From positions 1,568,001 through 1,632,000 of the forward strand of contig OZ244937.1 in assembly GCA_965222075.1 (NCBI GenBank): a stretch of 64,000 nucleotides of DNA, given 5' to 3'. Under the pieces are notes generated by a model that was not told the DNA's origin, ran no database searches, and worked only from the letters and a program-made list of their open reading frames with translations. This DNA comes from Candidatus Latescibacterota bacterium. Its GTDB lineage: Bacteria; Latescibacterota; UBA2968; GCA-2709665. Below are positions 60,402 through 64,000 of this stretch, in pieces. Both the position numbers and the translations under genes were made by a program. Numbering within the stretch: position 1 is the first letter of the stretch; each line of letters begins with the position of its first letter.

Positions 60402-60947
60402 TTATCGCGCATTCCTGGCGCAGCGGATCCCCCAACCGTCCGTGGCGCCCCTGGGGTCCGTCCAGTTGCGGTAGGTGATGCTCAGCCTGTTCGGGGTCTG
60501 GTGCGCCGCAGTGCGCCAGGAGCCCCCGCGTATCACCCGAAACTTACCTTCCTCAGGGCCGGTGGGGTTGACGGTGCCGCCCACCTTGTAGTAGCCCTCA
60601 TCGTAATAGTCCGCGCACCACTCCCACACGTTGCCCACCAGGTCCATCGCCCCGTAAAAGCTCACCCCTTCAGGGTAGTTTCCCACCGGCGCCAGGGTAT
60701 TGTCATATCCGTCATTTCCGTCCCGGTAATTGGCCCGCGCACCGTTGATCCCCTTGTTCCAGGGATACGGCTCCCACGCCTCGTCGCCCCGGGCGGCCTT
60801 CTCCCATTCCGCCTCCGTGGGCAGCCGGGTCCCCCGCCACTTGCAGTAAGCCTCCGCGTCGGACCAGTTCACCCCCACAACCGGAAAATTCGGCTTCGTC
60901 TGCGCCCGCTGTGGCCAGTCCCCGATGCCGTCTTTAGACCCGCGCAT
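60402..60947 (-). CDS. Formylglycine-generating enzyme (SUMF1-like) domain protein, 5' part apparently missing
   Basis: [39 protein letters not shown]. The usual N-terminal F.MG/EVT motifs are absent. Confidence 0.8.
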   Translation of the reverse strand: MRGSKDGIGDWPQRAQTKPNFPVVGVNWSDAEAYCKWRGTRLPTEAEWEKAARGDEAWEPYPWNKGINGARANYRDGNDGYDNTLAPVGNYPEGVSFYGAMDLVGNVWEWCADYYDEGYYKVGGTVNPTGPEEGKFRVIRGGSWRTAAHQTPNRLSITYRNWTDPRGATDGWGIRCARNAR

Positions 60948-61074
60948 CTTACTCCGGCTGCGGTGGCTGGTCGGCGTATGCCGTTTCTGGCCTCCGCCGA
61001 GGATTCATTTGCCATTCTGGGCATTTGCTTGACATAATCGGGCTGTATTCCCAGGCAGAAAGGGTCGTTGAAGA

Positions 61075-61107
61075 CCTGTCTGCAGTGCGGGGCACCGCAC
61101 AGGCAGG
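61075..61107. mobile_element. 33-nt palindromic mini-insertion, intergenic
   Basis: cctgtctgcagtgcggggcaccgcacaggcagg; flanks GA^TC. Confidence 0.78.
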
Positions 61108-61266
61108 TCTGATAAAGGGGGGTATAGACCGCTTCGGGCCAGATAGCTTCAATAGGCGCTGGAGTTACCCCTTCTGCTATACCCCTAACTTTAATGATTG
61201 TTTTTCCTGAAACTCACTTGCAACGCTCACCCAGTTGCGCAGAAAATGACTGCTTCCTCCAGCGCA

Positions 61267-61749
61267 TTAGAGACGAAAAACACGGCGCCGAGCCAGGAAA
61301 CCGTCCAGTGAGAACGGGACGCGGCGAACCAGAACGAGAACGGTGGCGCCGGCCATCAGGAAGAGGTCCCGGACCAGGGCCGCGTGGAGCGAGCCGCCGG
61401 TCCCGTCCAGGGCAAAGCACCCGCAGGACAGGTCGGCGCCCCGGATGATGTTGACCCCCAGCGCCACGCCAAAAGCAAGGAAAAGCAGCAGCGACGTGAG
61501 GGCGCTGCTGCGGGTCCAAAACCCCAGGACAAGACAAAGCCCCGCTGCGACTTCGACCCAGGGGACAACAATCGCAAAGGGATTGACCAGCGGGACGGGA
61601 AGGACTTCATAGGCCCGCACGGTCTGGGCGAACAGTGCGGATTCGGGGATCTTTGCCAACCCGGCCCAGAGAAGCGTAGCGCCCAGAACCAGACGGAGCA
61701 GCGCAAAGATCTCAGACGGTATGGGCCTGTCTGCGGAAGTGAGATTCAC
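61267..61749 (-). CDS. MauE/DoxX family membrane protein
   Basis: LRLVLG..LLWAG.AK, PWVE, SCGCF, RD; GTG start overlapping the upstream stop. Confidence 0.88.
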   Translation of the reverse strand: MNLTSADRPIPSEIFALLRLVLGATLLWAGLAKIPESALFAQTVRAYEVLPVPLVNPFAIVVPWVEVAAGLCLVLGFWTRSSALTSLLLFLAFGVALGVNIIRGADLSCGCFALDGTGGSLHAALVRDLFLMAGATVLVLVRRVPFSLDGFLARRRVFRL

Positions 61750-62273
61750 GGGGCAACTCCCTTTGTGATGGGGTAGTTCGCCCAGAACCAGGCGTGCCAG
61801 CCCCCGTAAAACGCCTTCGTCCGGGTATACCCGAACCCGTCGAGCGCCCTGGCCAGAGCAAGGCTGCTCTGGCAGCTTATGCCCCCGCAGTAAGCGATAA
61901 TCCGTGTCGTCCTGGGCAGATCCCCCAGCACCCTCTGCACACTCGCTTTGTCTGCGGACAGCGGAATATTCAAAGCCCCGGGAATATGCCCGGCAGCATA
62001 GGTTCTGGGATGACGGGCGTCCACAAACACCGCGTCTTTGCGGTCGAATGCCCGTTTTGCCTCGTCCAGGGTAACGCGCAGGCCCTCCACGTGCAGGTTC
62101 CAGTCGACCTTGTCCGACGGCGGGATGTTCAGAGGCGTTCGAAGCGGAATGCCGGCATCCGAAAAGACATTGTAGGCAAACCCTGCTCCGGAGCCGATCA
62201 GGAGGACGGCGACGGCCTTTAAAATCAGGCGGCCCACGCCTGTATCCACTCTTTCCGGTCTGTCTGTCTCCAT
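61746..62273 (-). CDS. Membrane-anchored rhodanese-like domain protein
   Basis: FVDAR...YAAGHIPGALNIP, YCGGISC, YGGW..W. Confidence 0.9.
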   Translation of the reverse strand: METDRPERVDTGVGRLILKAVAVLLIGSGAGFAYNVFSDAGIPLRTPLNIPPSDKVDWNLHVEGLRVTLDEAKRAFDRKDAVFVDARHPRTYAAGHIPGALNIPLSADKASVQRVLGDLPRTTRIIAYCGGISCQSSLALARALDGFGYTRTKAFYGGWHAWFWANYPITKGVAP

Positions 62274-62323
62274 CTCTCTTCATCACCTCCCTAACAGAAA
62301 AAGGCTTTTTATGGTATCAAGTA

Positions 62324-62352
62324 AGTATAATATGAATCATCAGGTCTGTCAA
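62324..62352 (-). promoter_or_regulatory. Sigma70 promoter of the rhodanese-MauE operon
   Basis: TTGACA-N17-TATACT on the minus strand. Confidence 0.7.
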
Positions 62353-62459
62353 GAACCAGGGACATCCGGCGCGTGGAGCAGGAGATCGTGAGTGGCCTCT
62401 CCGGAGAATGCTTTTAGGGCTTCAACCACTTCTTGAGAAACTCCTATTGTGTGTTAGGA

Positions 62460-64000
62460 CTACCGGGGTTTTGGCCACCTGAGGTGCCGGTGGAGGAAAT
62501 CAAACGTACCGACGCCGTGGATGGTGTGGGGGCCGTCGAAGAATTCGATCTCGGTCCGGTCCCCGATGCCCAGGAGAACGTAGCGCCTGCGCGTTCGGGC
62601 ATACTCGTAAGAGACCCACTCATCGGAACCGACACCGTCGTGGTGGCCCCGTTCCACCATGAATGGACGGGGAAGAATAAGCCAGCTCATCTCCGCGTGG
62701 TTGAAGGTATTGCCCAGGTTAAATTCGGGCATCTCGTATTCGCCCGTAATCAGGTAGGTATAACGGTGTTTTGCGGAGACAGTTTTCCAGATCCACTCGT
62801 TGTAATCTGCCGAGCAGATGGAAAGGCAGTAGCGCTCCAGGAGGGCCGGAACGCGCATCGCGGTCTTGCCCCCGTAGCTGAGACCGTAAAAGGCCATGCG
62901 GTCGGGGTCCACAAAGGGAAGCGTTGCGAGCCATTCAAGCGTCTGCTCGTGCTGGCGGACAATAAAGGAAAAGAGGGCCTGTTTGAGGGGATTGGCCTTG
63001 CGCTGAAGCACACGAAAGGCATCGCCCCCGATGTAGGGATTCTGCGGGGCGTAGGTCACAAAACCCCGCTCGGCCAGCCTCGAGGCGAACCGATGATAAT
63101 AGGGACTATCCACTTCCGGATCCGCCACCTCTTGGGGACGCCCCTCCAGCCCGTGCTGGCAGACAACCACAGGACGGCGCTCCCCCTCCTCGATTCCCTC
63201 CGGAACAAGGAGGATGCCATACGCAAAGACATCGGGATAGACGTCCAGCACGACCTCGTAACCCTTAAAACCGGGCGTTTCGTAAACAAGCCGGGTGCGA
63301 GGGTTGGCCGGTAAAGAGGGAGGTGGCAGAGGACCGATGATCTCGTTCCAGAACCGCTCCTGATACGAACGGCTGGTTTGCACCCACGCCTCCAGACTCG
63401 AATCATCGGCCTCCGACCAGTACTCGGCACGACGAAATTCCGCCTCCCGCATGCAATACTGAGTATGTCCCAGAAGCTGGTCAAATTGCCGCTTGAGACG
63501 CACCACCGGATCCACCCCCGCTCGAACCCGTCTTGGCAAACCTCCCGAAGAACGCAGATCCCCCTTCCCAACAAGCGCCTGCAAAAAGGCGGCAAGGGCC
63601 GCATTGCTCCCGGGTGCTCCCCCACCCTCCCCGCTTTTGACCAGCGTAAACGGAACCGACGGCTGAAGCTCGCCGGTGAGCTTCAACGCGCGCTCCCATT
63701 CGGCTTCAACCGCTCCTGGCGACGGGGTACTCAACCGGCCGGGGGCGCCACCCGCTCTCTCCTCCGACGGAGGCCGCGGGCCTGTGACCTCGGGATGCCG
63801 GGAAGCCTCCACAACCAGGGCACGGGGCGCAACCAGACCGGCAAGTTCAGCATCCCCAAACTCCCGCAGCAGCCCGAAAAGATTCCGGTAAATCGGCTCC
63901 CGCCAGAGACCCTCCCTCGGCTGAAAATATCCCGACACACCGGCCGCCTGAATCCGCGTATCCACAGCAGCCGCATAAAAGGCGATCAGTCCCCCCTCTC
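62460..64000 (-). CDS. Double alpha/beta-hydrolase (dienelactone hydrolase-like) protein, 5' end beyond window
   Basis: VVCQHG, GLSYGG, ERGHHD, GPH motifs; frame open to the window edge. Confidence 0.85.
   Translation of the reverse strand, partial: EGGLIAFYAAAVDTRIQAAGVSGYFQPREGLWREPIYRNLFGLLREFGDAELAGLVAPRALVVEASRHPEVTGPRPPSEERAGGAPGRLSTPSPGAVEAEWERALKLTGELQPSVPFTLVKSGEGGGAPGSNAALAAFLQALVGKGDLRSSGGLPRRVRAGVDPVVRLKRQFDQLLGHTQYCMREAEFRRAEYWSEADDSSLEAWVQTSRSYQERFWNEIIGPLPPPSLPANPRTRLVYETPGFKGYEVVLDVYPDVFAYGILLVPEGIEEGERRPVVVCQHGLEGRPQEVADPEVDSPYYHRFASRLAERGFVTYAPQNPYIGGDAFRVLQRKANPLKQALFSFIVRQHEQTLEWLATLPFVDPDRMAFYGLSYGGKTAMRVPALLERYCLSICSADYNEWIWKTVSAKHRYTYLITGEYEMPEFNLGNTFNHAEMSWLILPRPFMVERGHHDGVGSDEWVSYEYARTRRRYVLLGIGDRTEIEFFDGPHTIHGVGTFDFLHRHLRWPKPR

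Noticed and set aside
479-61107. CCTG palindromes or the 61/64-bp repeats as a CRISPR array
   Set aside because: No regularly spaced repeat-spacer structure and no cas genes.
61750-62286. N-terminal extensions in the ORF track (61267-62286; also 50036-53989, 46308-50171, 10971-11666)
   Set aside because: They overlap upstream genes; better starts with RBS lie at 61749, 53773, 49985 and 11103.
1-64000. tRNA, rRNA or riboswitch genes
   Set aside because: None recognised by eye; a covariance-model search (Infernal/Rfam, tRNAscan-SE) would be needed to exclude them.

Overview
GC-rich bacterial window with almost all genes on the minus strand. The gene repertoire (GWxTD, DUF6785-like, dockerin/EF-hand-like, CRTAC1, PhyH-HEAT) suggests a Latescibacterota/Poribacteria-like organism (inference). 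Main content: a putative glycan-catabolism region with five paralogous ~1200-aa heparinase II/III-like + FG-GAP/PQQ beta-propeller proteins, further heparinase II/III-like genes, Gfo/Idh/MocA oxidoreductases, a 1567-aa M28-like/FtsX fusion and DUF6785-like membrane proteins. It also holds an accessory stretch (IS5-family element, decayed restriction-modification pair, REP palindromes) and many deletion-scarred gene relics. The most striking signal is a family of tiny (21-34 nt) hairpin insertions, CCTG(T/C)CTGC...CAGGCAGG, with 13 units at 10 loci. They show no clear target duplication and always sit at a purine^pyrimidine step. They nest inside each other, are in-frame in intact genes, and hit one IS transposase three times; removing those three restores a full 297-aa ORF. 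All functional calls come from motif recognition by eye, not from database searches.
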